From the NCBI GenBank assembly GCA_032161105.1, contig JAVHTD010000014.1: a DNA stretch of 64,000 bases, one strand, 5' to 3'. Shown in pieces: positions 10,899-20,821 of the stretch. The stretch comes from Candidatus Thermosaccharophagus tengchongensis (GTDB lineage: Bacteria > Armatimonadota > Fervidibacteria > Fervidibacterales > Thermosaccharophagaceae). Under the pieces are notes generated by a model that ran no database searches, was not told the origin of the DNA, and saw only the letters and a program-made list of their open reading frames with translations. The first letter of the stretch is position 1, and each line of letters begins with the position of its first letter. The position numbers and the translations under genes are program-made.

Positions 10899-12026
10899 AT
10901 GGGCACAGCATATACGCCGGGATTAATCGTCACAAGTGACACACTCATCCGAAAGGAACGCAGGCTACCCGTGAAAGGCAAAGTGCTCGTCAAAGTCGGA
11001 GACAATGTCTCTCCGACCGATGTAATTGCGCAGGCTGAACTGCTCGGTCCATTAACAACTGTGCGTGTTGCTGACAGGCTCGGAATAGAACCGAGGATGC
11101 TCCCGCAAGTGATGAGAAAACAGGTTGGTGAGAGTGTCCGAAGTGGTGAAGTGCTTGCCGAAACGAAATCATTCTTCGGCTTACTGAAGGCGCGTGTTGA
11201 AAGTCCGGTTGATGGCACGGTTGAATTCATTTCGGATGTGACGGGCAATGTCGGCATAAGGCATCCTCCAACGCCAGTTCAAGTCCTCGCTTACATCCGT
11301 GGTATAGTGACCGATGTAATTGAGGACGAGGGAGGGATTGTGGAGACAAGGGGGGCACTCATTCAGGGCATCTTCGGCATCGGTGGCGAAGCTGTTGGCG
11401 AAATAGCCATTATTGCAGATTCACCAGATGAAGATGTTAAGCCATCAAAGCTTGAAGATGGTCATCGCGGCAAGGTGTTAGTCTGTGGGGCTGTCGCAAG
11501 ATATGAATTTTTGATGGCGGCACAAGAGGTTGGTGCAGTTGGGGTCGTCACCGGCGGCATACTTGATTCCGACTTGGCGAGGTTGCTCGGTTATGAGATT
11601 GGAGTGGCGATAACGGGGCAGGAGGAAGTTGGGTTCACACTCATTGTCACAGAGGGCTTTGGAGTTATGCCAATGGCAAGACGCACATTTGAGTTGCTCT
11701 GCTCGCTGTCTGGCATGGAGGCTTCCATAAGCGGGGTCACTCAAATACGGGCTGGCGTCATACGACCGGAAATCATTGTGCCCATGAGGTCAAATGAGAC
11801 AACGCCGCCAAAGCCGTCAAAGGTTGCAATGGGAATACTTGAAGTCGGAAGCAGGGTGCGCATCATACGAGAGCCCTTCTTCGGCAAGTTAGCCACTGTC
11901 GTTGAGTTGCCACCAGAACCACGGGTCATTGAGACCGGCTCAAGGGTGAGGGTGCTAAAAGCGAGGCTTGACGACGGAACAATAGTCACAATCCCGAGGG
12001 CGAATGTTGAATTGATTGAGGAGTGA
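10899..12026 (+). CDS. Uncharacterised protein with barrel-sandwich hybrid motifs and a C-terminal KOW-like motif
   Basis: GKVLVKVGDNVSPTDVIA, VGESVRSGEVLA, SPVDGTV; C-terminal VGSRVRIIREPFFGKLATV. Confidence 0.7.
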   Translation: MGTAYTPGLIVTSDTLIRKERRLPVKGKVLVKVGDNVSPTDVIAQAELLGPLTTVRVADRLGIEPRMLPQVMRKQVGESVRSGEVLAETKSFFGLLKARVESPVDGTVEFISDVTGNVGIRHPPTPVQVLAYIRGIVTDVIEDEGGIVETRGALIQGIFGIGGEAVGEIAIIADSPDEDVKPSKLEDGHRGKVLVCGAVARYEFLMAAQEVGAVGVVTGGILDSDLARLLGYEIGVAITGQEEVGFTLIVTEGFGVMPMARRTFELLCSLSGMEASISGVTQIRAGVIRPEIIVPMRSNETTPPKPSKVAMGILEVGSRVRIIREPFFGKLATVVELPPEPRVIETGSRVRVLKARLDDGTIVTIPRANVELIEE

Positions 12027-13177
12027 TCCGCATGGGCGTTTCATTAGCTCCGCGAAGCGAAGCAAAGTTGACGCAACATTCAGTCGGCGGGAGGGCGTCA
12101 AGGGTGGCAGTGCTGCGGACAAGCCCGGAGAGAGTCATTGAAGACTACGGGAGATTGATGCGCATGCTTGATTACGCGGCAGTGCTGCCCAAGGACTGTG
12201 GCACGATTTTGAAGATCAACATCAGCTGGCATTACTTCTTCCCGGCATGCTCAACTACGCCATGGCAGCTTGAGGGCGTCATCAAGACGATGATTGAGGA
12301 TGGTTACAAACCCGAAAGTTTGGTGGCGGCGCAAAACCGCACAGTTGTGGTGAACCCGGAAGTTGGTGCAATAGCCAACAAGCACAATCCAGTGCTTGAA
12401 AAATACGGTGTGCGCACTGTGTGGCTTTATAAACCGAGCGTTGAATGGGTTGTCTACGAGCCGAAGGGGAAGATGCTCGTGCTTGACAGGATATTCCCGG
12501 ATGGAATCACGATACCGAAGTTCTTCATCGGCATGAATGCCATTCACCTTCCGACCCTCAAGACGCATGTCTTCACCACAACCACTGGTGCAATGAAAAA
12601 CGCCTTTGGCGGGCTGTTGCGTGAGAACAGGCATTGGTGTCACGCTCACATACATGAATCGCTCGTTGACTTGCTCACCATACAGAAGGAGATCCACCCG
12701 GGCTTGTTCGCCGTTATGGATGGGACATTTGCCGGCAATGGTGCTGGTCCAAGGGCTATGCAGCCAGTCGTGGCAAACTTGATTCTGGCAAGCGATGACA
12801 TGGTTGCAATTGATGCAGTGGCAGCTAAGCTGATGGGCTTTGACCCGCTCTCAATCGGCTACATTCGTCTGGCACATGAGCTTGGGCTTGGCTGTGGCGA
12901 TGTCCGTGAGATTGAGATACTCGGAGACGACATAAGCGGCATCAACCTCGGCTTCTCAGTTGGTGACACATTTGCGAGCAAGGGACAAAAGGCAATTTAT
13001 TGGGGTCCGTTAAAGCCGCTTGAGAGGGTTCTATTGCGCTCACCGATTGTCCCGTGGAGTTATCTCGCCTCACGCCTTTACTACGACATATACTGGTATC
13101 ACTTCGTCGGCTCAAAGCGGGTCAAAGAGATGATGAAGACGGGTTGGGGACAGCTATTCCTAAGCTATGGGCGGTGA
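12023..13177 (+). CDS. DUF362 domain protein (putative Fe-S)
   Basis: LKINISW, TTPWQLEGV, LPTLKTH...TGAMKNAFG, S-x-D-x-VAID motifs; start overlaps the upstream stop. Confidence 0.8.
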   Translation: MIRMGVSLAPRSEAKLTQHSVGGRASRVAVLRTSPERVIEDYGRLMRMLDYAAVLPKDCGTILKINISWHYFFPACSTTPWQLEGVIKTMIEDGYKPESLVAAQNRTVVVNPEVGAIANKHNPVLEKYGVRTVWLYKPSVEWVVYEPKGKMLVLDRIFPDGITIPKFFIGMNAIHLPTLKTHVFTTTTGAMKNAFGGLLRENRHWCHAHIHESLVDLLTIQKEIHPGLFAVMDGTFAGNGAGPRAMQPVVANLILASDDMVAIDAVAAKLMGFDPLSIGYIRLAHELGLGCGDVREIEILGDDISGINLGFSVGDTFASKGQKAIYWGPLKPLERVLLRSPIVPWSYLASRLYYDIYWYHFVGSKRVKEMMKTGWGQLFLSYGR

Positions 13178-13202
13178 GCATGTTTTGGGTGCGGTTCATG
13201 CG

Positions 13203-14051
13203 ATGCTCAACTCTCGGCTTCAAATAATTTTCGTTTTGTTCGCTTTCGTCGTTGGGGCTTGCTTTGGCAGCTTCGCCAATGTGTGCATCTACAGGCTGCC
13301 GAGGAGAATGAGCATCCTTCACCCGCCATCGCACTGCGCATTCTGTGGGACGACATTGCGCTGGTATGACCTCATACCGATCCTGAGCATTGTCCTGCTG
13401 CTCGGCAAGTGCCGATATTGCAAATACCCGATTGGCTACAGGCATTTCTTCGTTGAGCTGCTTTGTGCGCTTTCATTTGCGGTTTCATTTTGGCGCTATG
13501 GGATGACGGTTCACAGCCTAATTGTGGCGATGACTCTTGTTGGGCTCATCGTTGCCTTCTTCATTGACTACGATTGGTATCTCATCCCAGACGAAGTCCC
13601 GATGGCGATCGGTGTGCTCGGATTAATTGATGCGCTCATAGCATCACTGCATCAGCGCTTGTTCTCACCGATGCACGGAGCTGGGATGCATGTCACGCTT
13701 TCGGGCGCCATCATGGGCATGCTTGTTGGGGCGCTCGCTTTATGGCTCATTAGGAAACTTGGCACGCTCATATTTCGCAAGGAGGCAATGGGGCTCGGCG
13801 ATGTGAAATTCACAGCCGCAATCAGTTTGCACTTGGGTCTGTCATGGACATTGCTCGGCTATTTCCTTATAGCGATAATGGTTGGCGCTGTCGTCGGCAT
13901 CGCCATCTTGCTCACGATGAGGGGACGCACACACCACTACATTCCCTTTGGTCCATTCCTGTCAATTGCGGCTTCCATCTGTCTGCTGTTTCCCGAGGCA
14001 GTGAGCCATGTTATGCGGAGCATCTACGGGTTGCAACCAATCTACCTTTGA
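13203..14051 (+). CDS. pilD: Type IV prepilin peptidase (A24)
   Basis: GSFANVCIYRLP, SHCxxC, WYDLIPILS, GKCRYC, FID, MGLGDVK, IPFGPFL. Confidence 0.92.
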   Translation: MLNSRLQIIFVLFAFVVGACFGSFANVCIYRLPRRMSILHPPSHCAFCGTTLRWYDLIPILSIVLLLGKCRYCKYPIGYRHFFVELLCALSFAVSFWRYGMTVHSLIVAMTLVGLIVAFFIDYDWYLIPDEVPMAIGVLGLIDALIASLHQRLFSPMHGAGMHVTLSGAIMGMLVGALALWLIRKLGTLIFRKEAMGLGDVKFTAAISLHLGLSWTLLGYFLIAIMVGAVVGIAILLTMRGRTHHYIPFGPFLSIAASICLLFPEAVSHVMRSIYGLQPIYL

Positions 14052-14129
14052 TGCCATTTGAGGCTGGCGGGAAGCTGCTCGCAATAGATGGAGCGGGCAG
14101 ATGTCATCTGACCCTGCGGAAGATCGCCA

Positions 14130-15242
14130 ATGCGTAAGCCCTTGGTGATGAAGATGGGTGAATGCGCTCACTGCAAAAAGCGCTCACGCACAATATCGTC
14201 CTCTCTATCCCTTTGCGCTGACTGCATCAAGGAGCACTATGACGAGGTCAAGCCGTTAATTGAACAAGCGCACGCATCGGCAAGAAAGCCATTCTCTCTT
14301 CCGCAGGCACCACCAAAGACAAGCGAGGGGAGGTTATGCAACATATGCCACAATGAGTGCATCCTGAGGGGCAACGAACTGGGTTACTGTGGATTGAGCT
14401 TTGGCGGGAGGAGACTTGCGAGTGTGTCATGGTATGATGACCCGCTCCCGACAAATTGCGTTGCGACTTGGGTTTGCCCAGCGGGCACAGGTGTTGGCTA
14501 CCCAGATTTCGCATACAGGGACGGTCCTGAGTATGGCTATTTCAACCTTGCCGTGTTCTATCATGCGTGCACATTTGATTGCCTCTTCTGCCAGAACTGG
14601 CATTTTAAGCGCATGACGCATACATCGCGCCCTGTCTCGCCAGAGGAGCTTGCCTCGCAAGTCCACAAGCGCATTGCATGCATATGCTACTTCGGCGGTG
14701 ACCCAACACCGTTCCTTCCACATGCGCTTAATGCTTCAAGGGTCGCCCTTAAGAATAAGCCAAACAGGATTTTGCGAATCTGTTGGGAGACGAATGGGAG
14801 TGCTCATCCGAAGTTGATGCGCCAAATGGTTGAGTTGTCGCTTGACTCGGGCGGATGCGTGAAGTTTGACCTTAAGGCATGGGATGAGAAGCTGCACATT
14901 GCGCTATGCGGCGTGAGCAACAGGCGCACGCTTGAAAACTTTGCCATGGTGGCGACTGAATATCTGCCAAAGCGGCATGAGCCGCCATTGCTCATAGCGA
15001 GCACATTGCTCGTGCCCGGATATGTGGATGAGGATCAAGTTGCGCAGATAGCCAAGTTCATAGCCAGCCTCAACCCAGACATACCATATAGCCTGCTCGC
15101 CTTCGCGCCGCAATTTTACATGAGTGACTTACCGACCACATCACGAACGCACGCCATGCGCTGCCTTGAAGCTGCAAAGGCAGCTGGGTTAACAAGGGTT
15201 CACATCGGCAATGTGCACCTTTTGGGGAGCGCCTATCATTAG
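14130..15242 (+). CDS. Radical SAM protein (PflA-like/AmmeMemoRadiSam-related) with N-terminal Cys clusters
   Basis: CTFDCLFC (CxxxCxxC), FGGDP, WETNG, VKFDLKA, VHIGNV; extra CxxC motifs at the N-terminus. Confidence 0.85.
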   Translation: MRKPLVMKMGECAHCKKRSRTISSSLSLCADCIKEHYDEVKPLIEQAHASARKPFSLPQAPPKTSEGRLCNICHNECILRGNELGYCGLSFGGRRLASVSWYDDPLPTNCVATWVCPAGTGVGYPDFAYRDGPEYGYFNLAVFYHACTFDCLFCQNWHFKRMTHTSRPVSPEELASQVHKRIACICYFGGDPTPFLPHALNASRVALKNKPNRILRICWETNGSAHPKLMRQMVELSLDSGGCVKFDLKAWDEKLHIALCGVSNRRTLENFAMVATEYLPKRHEPPLLIASTLLVPGYVDEDQVAQIAKFIASLNPDIPYSLLAFAPQFYMSDLPTTSRTHAMRCLEAAKAAGLTRVHIGNVHLLGSAYH

Positions 15243-15329
15243 CGGTCATGTGGTCATTGCATGGACATAAAGCCACCTCACTGCTCCATAGGAAGGTGAC
15301 ACTTCATATGTCGCTTCGTTAGCCACGCT

Positions 15330-17918
15330 TTATCGCGCCTTTTTCATTGCCGCTTCAAGCTGCTCAAGAGTTTCAAGCACTTCCCTGTGGCGTTCCTCAT
15401 ACACCTTTGGGTCCTCAGCAAACTGATTTGGCGCTTTGATTATGTCGCTTGCGTCAATCAGGCGGCGCGCCTTAACAACGACCGATTGAAGCTTGCTCAG
15501 AAGCTTTGCATCGGATGCAACCTGCTTAAGCTTCCCATTGAGCATGCATAGCAGGTCGTAATCCTCAATTCCATCCCTGAACAGCTCCGCGCGAATTGAC
15601 GGAAGTGGGTCGCCGAGCTTCTTGTCCGGGTAGAAGAGGAAACCATCGCCATTGCCTCCGGGGTATCCAGTGGCGTCCTCAAACAGGTCAAGTGGCTTAC
15701 CCTTGGCATCCGTCCAGTAGTTGACACTCCAATAGAGGAAGCCATCGCAATTGTAACGCCAAAGCCACCACCCAATTGCACGGTGCGAGACGCCGGTCCA
15801 ATCAATCCGCCATATGTCTGGGTATGTGGAGCCGCATGTGCTGATGCAAACATACATCCACACTTGCTCCCCTTTTGCTTTGCGCTCGTTGAGGAAGGGC
15901 TCATCAAAGCAATCAATGTGTGGAACCCAAATCCCGATGCTGCCGGCGAGCTTGCGATATGCGGCTCCATCGGGAGTTGGCTTGTGCGTCCTAAATGAGC
16001 CGGTTGCGCCATAGCCGGCGGTCAGCAGGATGAGCAAGTTAGGCGCATGCTCGTGAACGAACTTACATAGCTCGTTGATTTCGTCAAACGCTTTTTCCGA
16101 CGGCTCGTCAAACACATAGAAGTAAAACCTGTCACTCCAACCGCGCTCCTTCAAATGCTCGCCGAGCAAGCGCAGCTTCGCTGCAACATCCTTTTGCTCC
16201 TCCTTCGGTGGTGGCTTTGTGCCCCAGCGCAGTATGCCCCATATGGAGAATGCCGTTGCACCTCTTTCCATCCACTTGATCACTTCCCTGTCAAACTCAT
16301 CCCATTTGGCTTCCCAAGACCCATCGGGACGCTTTGCAAATACCTTATCCCATGGCAGCGGTGGTGGTGGCGTGAACCTGTATCGCATGCAAGTCTCATA
16401 AAAGCGCATTCGGCGCTCATCCGTCCATGCATCGCCATAAACTTGCTTGGCTTTGTGATCCCATATGAGCACGCAGCTGCGAAGGAAACTATGCTTTGGC
16501 AGGGCGACATCGTAAATGCGAGCCTTGATTGGCACGACTTGCTTTGTTGCGTTCCCGGGAAGGATGACCACCTCGCCAGAATACTCGCCGGCTATCGCGT
16601 CCTCGGGAACCCGAAGCGTAATCCAGACCGATTGCACATTGCCCTTCTTCACATCAAATGGTTGCATCGGCAAGAGCGCGTCCGGATATCTCCCCGGCAC
16701 GCGGAAGCCATATGGCGTTGGCTTTTGCACTCCGACATATCCGACAAGGCGCGCATCTGCAAAGAGCGCCCTGCCACTGGGACCAATTAACGGGCTGACA
16801 TTGATGCGCACATTCTCAAGTTCCGCCTTCAACGGGGCAATGACAATTTGAGCCGACTCAGCTTCGCCACGAGCGGCATGAATGATGATTTCCTTGCGCG
16901 GTTCCAATTGCGGCAGTTGGTCCTGACGCAACTTCAGCATCGGTGATGGCACAAATATCGCATATGGCGCTCCTGAAGTCTCCATCAACTTCACCATGCT
17001 CACCTGCTCCTTAATGCGGTCCAAGTTGTGCTTCACTTCCAATGTGGATTGCCATTTGGATTCCGTTGTGCCGCTACTAAGCTTGCGCTCCCAATCCCTC
17101 AATGTCGCCTGCAACTTCCTTCCGTCTTCAGTTTTGCACTCTCTGGGCAGTTGCGAGAGTGTGTTTCGGACACGCATGAGCATCTCCTTGGCTTTCGTGC
17201 GCACGACACTTTGTGTTATGCTCACGGCAATGCCGAGCTTTGAGATGCCCTCAAACTTTACCTCGCCAAATCTTTCAGGTTCGTGGAAGCCCTTAATGCA
17301 CTCAGACCATGTTGTTAACTCTGGCGGAGTGACCGCATACCGCTCCCTTGCGAAGTTGATTCGCCATGTGTCGCTCAGCATCGGCAGAAGATTAAGCGAT
17401 GACAGAGGTAGCTTTAACTCAACGCACCATGAGTCTGCGCTCTCTTTAGCTCCGACGATGACCTTGCTATCCCAGCGAACATCACTTGCTCCATCGCTCC
17501 AAAATTCATCACGCACAGTCCCAATGCTGTTGACGACGATGTGGTAGTAGCTGGTTGGATCTTCTGGGCATGGTGCAATGAAAACTTCAACGCAATCATC
17601 CCGCCATACTTCACCATCCTTTTCTTTGATGTTGTGGTGCAGCTGCGCCATCTGCGGTTCGTCGCACAGGAAGCCAAAGTAAATGGCATCGGATGTGAAG
17701 AGGACTCTCACGCTTGCCCTCGCGCTTGCCTTAGTCCCTTTTAACGGTTGCGCTATTGCGAACTCAAAAGCTCCCTTCCACACATCCTCGCTAAGTGAGC
17801 CATCAATCTTTGGCATGCCCTTCACTTGCTTTATCACTGTGCCCTGTGTGATGACGACCTGCGCCAGAAGGAAAGCGCTTATTACCACGATGCACATCGT
17901 GAGCACTTTTGACCTCAT
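15330..17918 (-). CDS. Secreted CBM9-like plus DUF4091 (GH123-like) putative glycoside hydrolase
   Basis: Signal peptide; PKIDGSLSEDVW, DDCVEVF, WxVELxLP (CBM9-like); ARGEAESAQ, FDEP, GFLYW, GNGDGFLFYP, SIRAELFRDGIEDY (DUF4091). Confidence 0.8.
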   Translation of the reverse strand: MRSKVLTMCIVVISAFLLAQVVITQGTVIKQVKGMPKIDGSLSEDVWKGAFEFAIAQPLKGTKASARASVRVLFTSDAIYFGFLCDEPQMAQLHHNIKEKDGEVWRDDCVEVFIAPCPEDPTSYYHIVVNSIGTVRDEFWSDGASDVRWDSKVIVGAKESADSWCVELKLPLSSLNLLPMLSDTWRINFARERYAVTPPELTTWSECIKGFHEPERFGEVKFEGISKLGIAVSITQSVVRTKAKEMLMRVRNTLSQLPRECKTEDGRKLQATLRDWERKLSSGTTESKWQSTLEVKHNLDRIKEQVSMVKLMETSGAPYAIFVPSPMLKLRQDQLPQLEPRKEIIIHAARGEAESAQIVIAPLKAELENVRINVSPLIGPSGRALFADARLVGYVGVQKPTPYGFRVPGRYPDALLPMQPFDVKKGNVQSVWITLRVPEDAIAGEYSGEVVILPGNATKQVVPIKARIYDVALPKHSFLRSCVLIWDHKAKQVYGDAWTDERRMRFYETCMRYRFTPPPPLPWDKVFAKRPDGSWEAKWDEFDREVIKWMERGATAFSIWGILRWGTKPPPKEEQKDVAAKLRLLGEHLKERGWSDRFYFYVFDEPSEKAFDEINELCKFVHEHAPNLLILLTAGYGATGSFRTHKPTPDGAAYRKLAGSIGIWVPHIDCFDEPFLNERKAKGEQVWMYVCISTCGSTYPDIWRIDWTGVSHRAIGWWLWRYNCDGFLYWSVNYWTDAKGKPLDLFEDATGYPGGNGDGFLFYPDKKLGDPLPSIRAELFRDGIEDYDLLCMLNGKLKQVASDAKLLSKLQSVVVKARRLIDASDIIKAPNQFAEDPKVYEERHREVLETLEQLEAAMKKAR

Positions 17919-18025
17919 AGCCCACCACCACGCGGAGTTGTAGTTGATTTGATGCCGAGCCCGATTTCATTTTATCGCCATGTGTGTTTGAGCGCAAAGT
18001 TGAAGCGCAGGGAGGACAGAAGGAG

Positions 18026-18232
18026 ATGGAGTGGCGAAGGAGGGAGCCATCACAACTCTTTTTGCCCGACCATCCCCAGCCTGTATCACACTGGCTTGAA
18101 TTGGCGAAGGAGGAAGCTGTCAACCCGCAGGGCGGTGAGGTAAACTTAGAGAAAGCGAGAAGAATCATAGAATGCAAGGCAGTAGACACTGCCAGAGGTG
18201 TGGATGAAGATGCAAATCTTGCACTTCGCTGA
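18026..18232 (+). CDS. Small hypothetical protein overlapping the sbcD start
   Basis: Strong upstream purine tract (ggaggacagaaggag) before MEWRRREPSQ; 68 codons; stop overlaps the sbcD start. Confidence 0.35.
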   Translation: MEWRRREPSQLFLPDHPQPVSHWLELAKEEAVNPQGGEVNLEKARRIIECKAVDTARGVDEDANLALR

Positions 18233-19460
18233 TGCGCATATCGGCGTTGAGACGCACGGGAAGCTTGATTCATCAACTGGCTTGAATACACGCATTCTTG
18301 ATTTTGTGCGGTGCTTGGAATTCATTGTGGACACAGCTATTGAGCGTCAAGTTGATGCAGTGCTCTTTGCAGGGGATGCATACGACTATGCGGTGCCAAC
18401 ACCAACTTACCAAAAGCTATTTGGAGCGCAAATAAAGCGTCTCTCAGATGCTGGCATACCAGTCGTGCTCATCGTCGGCAACCACGATATGCCAGTGTCA
18501 TATGGAAGGGTGTCACCACTTGAACTTTTCAATGTGCTTGGTGTGCCATATGTCTATGTGGCTGCCAGACCAAAGGTGTTTAAGTTGATGACGCGCTCAG
18601 GATTGCTCCAAGTGGCATGTTTGCCCTACCCCAATAGGAGCATCTATTTGGCGCGGGAAGAGAGCCGTTCCATGAGTGAGGAGGAGATTACAAAGCGCAT
18701 TGAGGGCATTTGTAGCGACTGCATATCGGCTATGGCTAAGGAGCTTTCTCAGGATGCCCCATCGGTGCTGCTTGCGCACATAGCGATAATGGGCGCAACT
18801 TATTCAGGCTCTGAGCGAGTCGTCACATTGGGCATAGAGCCAAGCTTGATGCTTAGCGCCCTCGCTAAGCCACAATTCAAATATGTGGCTCTCGGACATA
18901 TACACAGGCATCAGGATTTGAACCCACACAGCTTGCCGCATGTGGTTTACTCTGGCAGCATTGAGCGGTGCGATTTCGCCGAAGAGAATGAACCAAAGGG
19001 GTTCTGCATAGTGCGCATTGATGATGGCGAGTTTGAATTTATTGAGACGCCAGCAAGGCGGTTTGTCACCATAGATGTGAACTTGCACAGTTTTAGGGAT
19101 CCAACTCAAGCGCTCATCAATGCTATATCGGAGCGCAATGTGAGGGATGCCATTGTGCGCATCAGATACAGTTGCACAGATGAACAGCAGGCAACCATTA
19201 ATTGGAAAGCGATTGAACAAGCTCTCTCGGAAGCATTTAGGGTCGTGAGCGTGGTGAGGCAGGTTGAGAAGCAGCGCAGCCGCCCGAAAGCGGTGATAAC
19301 CGAGCAAATGGACATAATTGAAGCGCTTCAGCGTTACATAGAGCATAAGGACGAGCTGAAAGAGCTCAAGGACGAGTTGGTCAAATACACTCGGCAGCTT
19401 GAAGTGGAGCTTGAGAAGAGACGCGAGCGGTCACCCACAAAGAATGTGTCTCATTTGTAG
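18204..19460 (+). CDS. sbcD: Nuclease SbcCD subunit D (Mre11-like)
   Basis: HFADAHIG, FAGDAYD, GNHD, ALGHIH, YSGSIE metallophosphoesterase motifs. Confidence 0.92.
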   Translation: MKMQILHFADAHIGVETHGKLDSSTGLNTRILDFVRCLEFIVDTAIERQVDAVLFAGDAYDYAVPTPTYQKLFGAQIKRLSDAGIPVVLIVGNHDMPVSYGRVSPLELFNVLGVPYVYVAARPKVFKLMTRSGLLQVACLPYPNRSIYLAREESRSMSEEEITKRIEGICSDCISAMAKELSQDAPSVLLAHIAIMGATYSGSERVVTLGIEPSLMLSALAKPQFKYVALGHIHRHQDLNPHSLPHVVYSGSIERCDFAEENEPKGFCIVRIDDGEFEFIETPARRFVTIDVNLHSFRDPTQALINAISERNVRDAIVRIRYSCTDEQQATINWKAIEQALSEAFRVVSVVRQVEKQRSRPKAVITEQMDIIEALQRYIEHKDELKELKDELVKYTRQLEVELEKRRERSPTKNVSHL

Positions 19461-19600
19461 GGATGGTTTTGCCATGAGCAGCTCTATCCAAAGATGGTTT
19501 TTGGTTTCCAAGGGCTCAACAAATGCCGTGTAAAAGGTTTAACCATCTGCTGATACGGGCTTTAGCTCCAAACCAATCGCCCCTCCACTCTCAAGCATAG

Positions 19601-20680
19601 TTGTGGAGGATGAACAGCATGGCGACCATGACGCCAAGGAGAAGGGTAGAAGCTGTGCTACGCGGTGAGAAACCAGACAAAATACCGTTCACCGTCTATG
19701 AGAACAAGCTCCCGCAATGCACCGTAGAGCGGCAATTGCGCAATGATGGGCTGTGCATTGTGGAGCGTCGCTACTCCGTCTTTCGCATCCACACCCCAAA
19801 TGTTCGTGTTGAAACCATCTCATACACCGAGAATGGGATCCCATACATTCGCAGGAACTACTACACACCAGTTGGCAACTTGTATGCTATTGATCGTCCC
19901 GCTGGCTTCACCACATGGAATTTGGTCAAGCTCTTCAAAAGCCCCGAGGATTACAAGCCGTTACTTTTCATGATCAAGGATCAGCAGATTGAGCCAACTT
20001 ATGAGCCCTTTATGCGTGCTCAGGAGATGCTCGGAGAGGATGTAACACTTCGGGTCAACATAGGTTCCACTCCGCTGCATCAGATCATGGTGCACTGGAT
20101 GGGTTTGGAGACATTTGCAGTAGAATGGATTGAGCGGCGTGATGAGATTGAAAGGCTCTATAAAGCCATTGTAGAGAAACACCGCCAAATATACGAAATC
20201 GTTGCAAAATCTCCGGCACTGCATGTTAACTACGGTGGTAACGAAACTGGTGATGTAATGGGCAGGGAGCGCTTTGAGAAGTATGTCCTTCCACTTTACA
20301 ACGAGGCTGCTGAAGTGCTCCACAAACACGGTAAACTTTTGGGTGCTCACCTTGACGGGAATAATCGTGTTTGGGCTGATTTGGTGGCGCAATCTGGTCT
20401 TGACTACATTGAGGCATTCACTCCGGCTCCAGACACGGATATGACTATTGAAGAAGCCTTTCAAATTTGGTCGGGAAAGGTCCTATGGATCAATTTCCCA
20501 TCGTCGGTTCACCTGCGCCCTGTGGAAGAGATTAAAGCCACCACACAGCGCATTATTGAGGCTTCAAAGCCTGACTATCGCTTGATTATTGGCATAACTG
20601 AGGATGTGCCAGAAGACCGTTGGCAGCAGAATTTCCTCGCCATTTCCGAAACAATTAATGCTGTGGGGAGGTTGAGATAG
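19601..20680 (+). CDS. Uroporphyrinogen decarboxylase/MtaA-CmuA-like TIM-barrel protein
   Basis: MTPRRRVEAVLRGEKPDKIP, FEKYVLP, HLDGN, EAFTP, LWINFP; true start likely at 19619 or 19628. Confidence 0.7.
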   Translation: MWRMNSMATMTPRRRVEAVLRGEKPDKIPFTVYENKLPQCTVERQLRNDGLCIVERRYSVFRIHTPNVRVETISYTENGIPYIRRNYYTPVGNLYAIDRPAGFTTWNLVKLFKSPEDYKPLLFMIKDQQIEPTYEPFMRAQEMLGEDVTLRVNIGSTPLHQIMVHWMGLETFAVEWIERRDEIERLYKAIVEKHRQIYEIVAKSPALHVNYGGNETGDVMGRERFEKYVLPLYNEAAEVLHKHGKLLGAHLDGNNRVWADLVAQSGLDYIEAFTPAPDTDMTIEEAFQIWSGKVLWINFPSSVHLRPVEEIKATTQRIIEASKPDYRLIIGITEDVPEDRWQQNFLAISETINAVGRLR

Positions 20681-20737
20681 CCGAAGTGATAGGGCTTGCG
20701 CTTCAGCATCCTTTCGTAAGGTTGAAACCAGCTTTAT

Positions 20738-20760
20738 GGGTGGCTTATAGCTGTCCTTAC
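20738..20760. repeat. Degenerate REP-like palindrome
   Basis: Reverse complement gtaaggacagctataagccaccc resembles the 5605 element. Confidence 0.4.
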
Positions 20761-20821
20761 AATTCAATTGCGTAACTCGTAAGCGGCTTAGGTCTCTCAA
20801 GATGGCGGAGGTGAGCAATCC

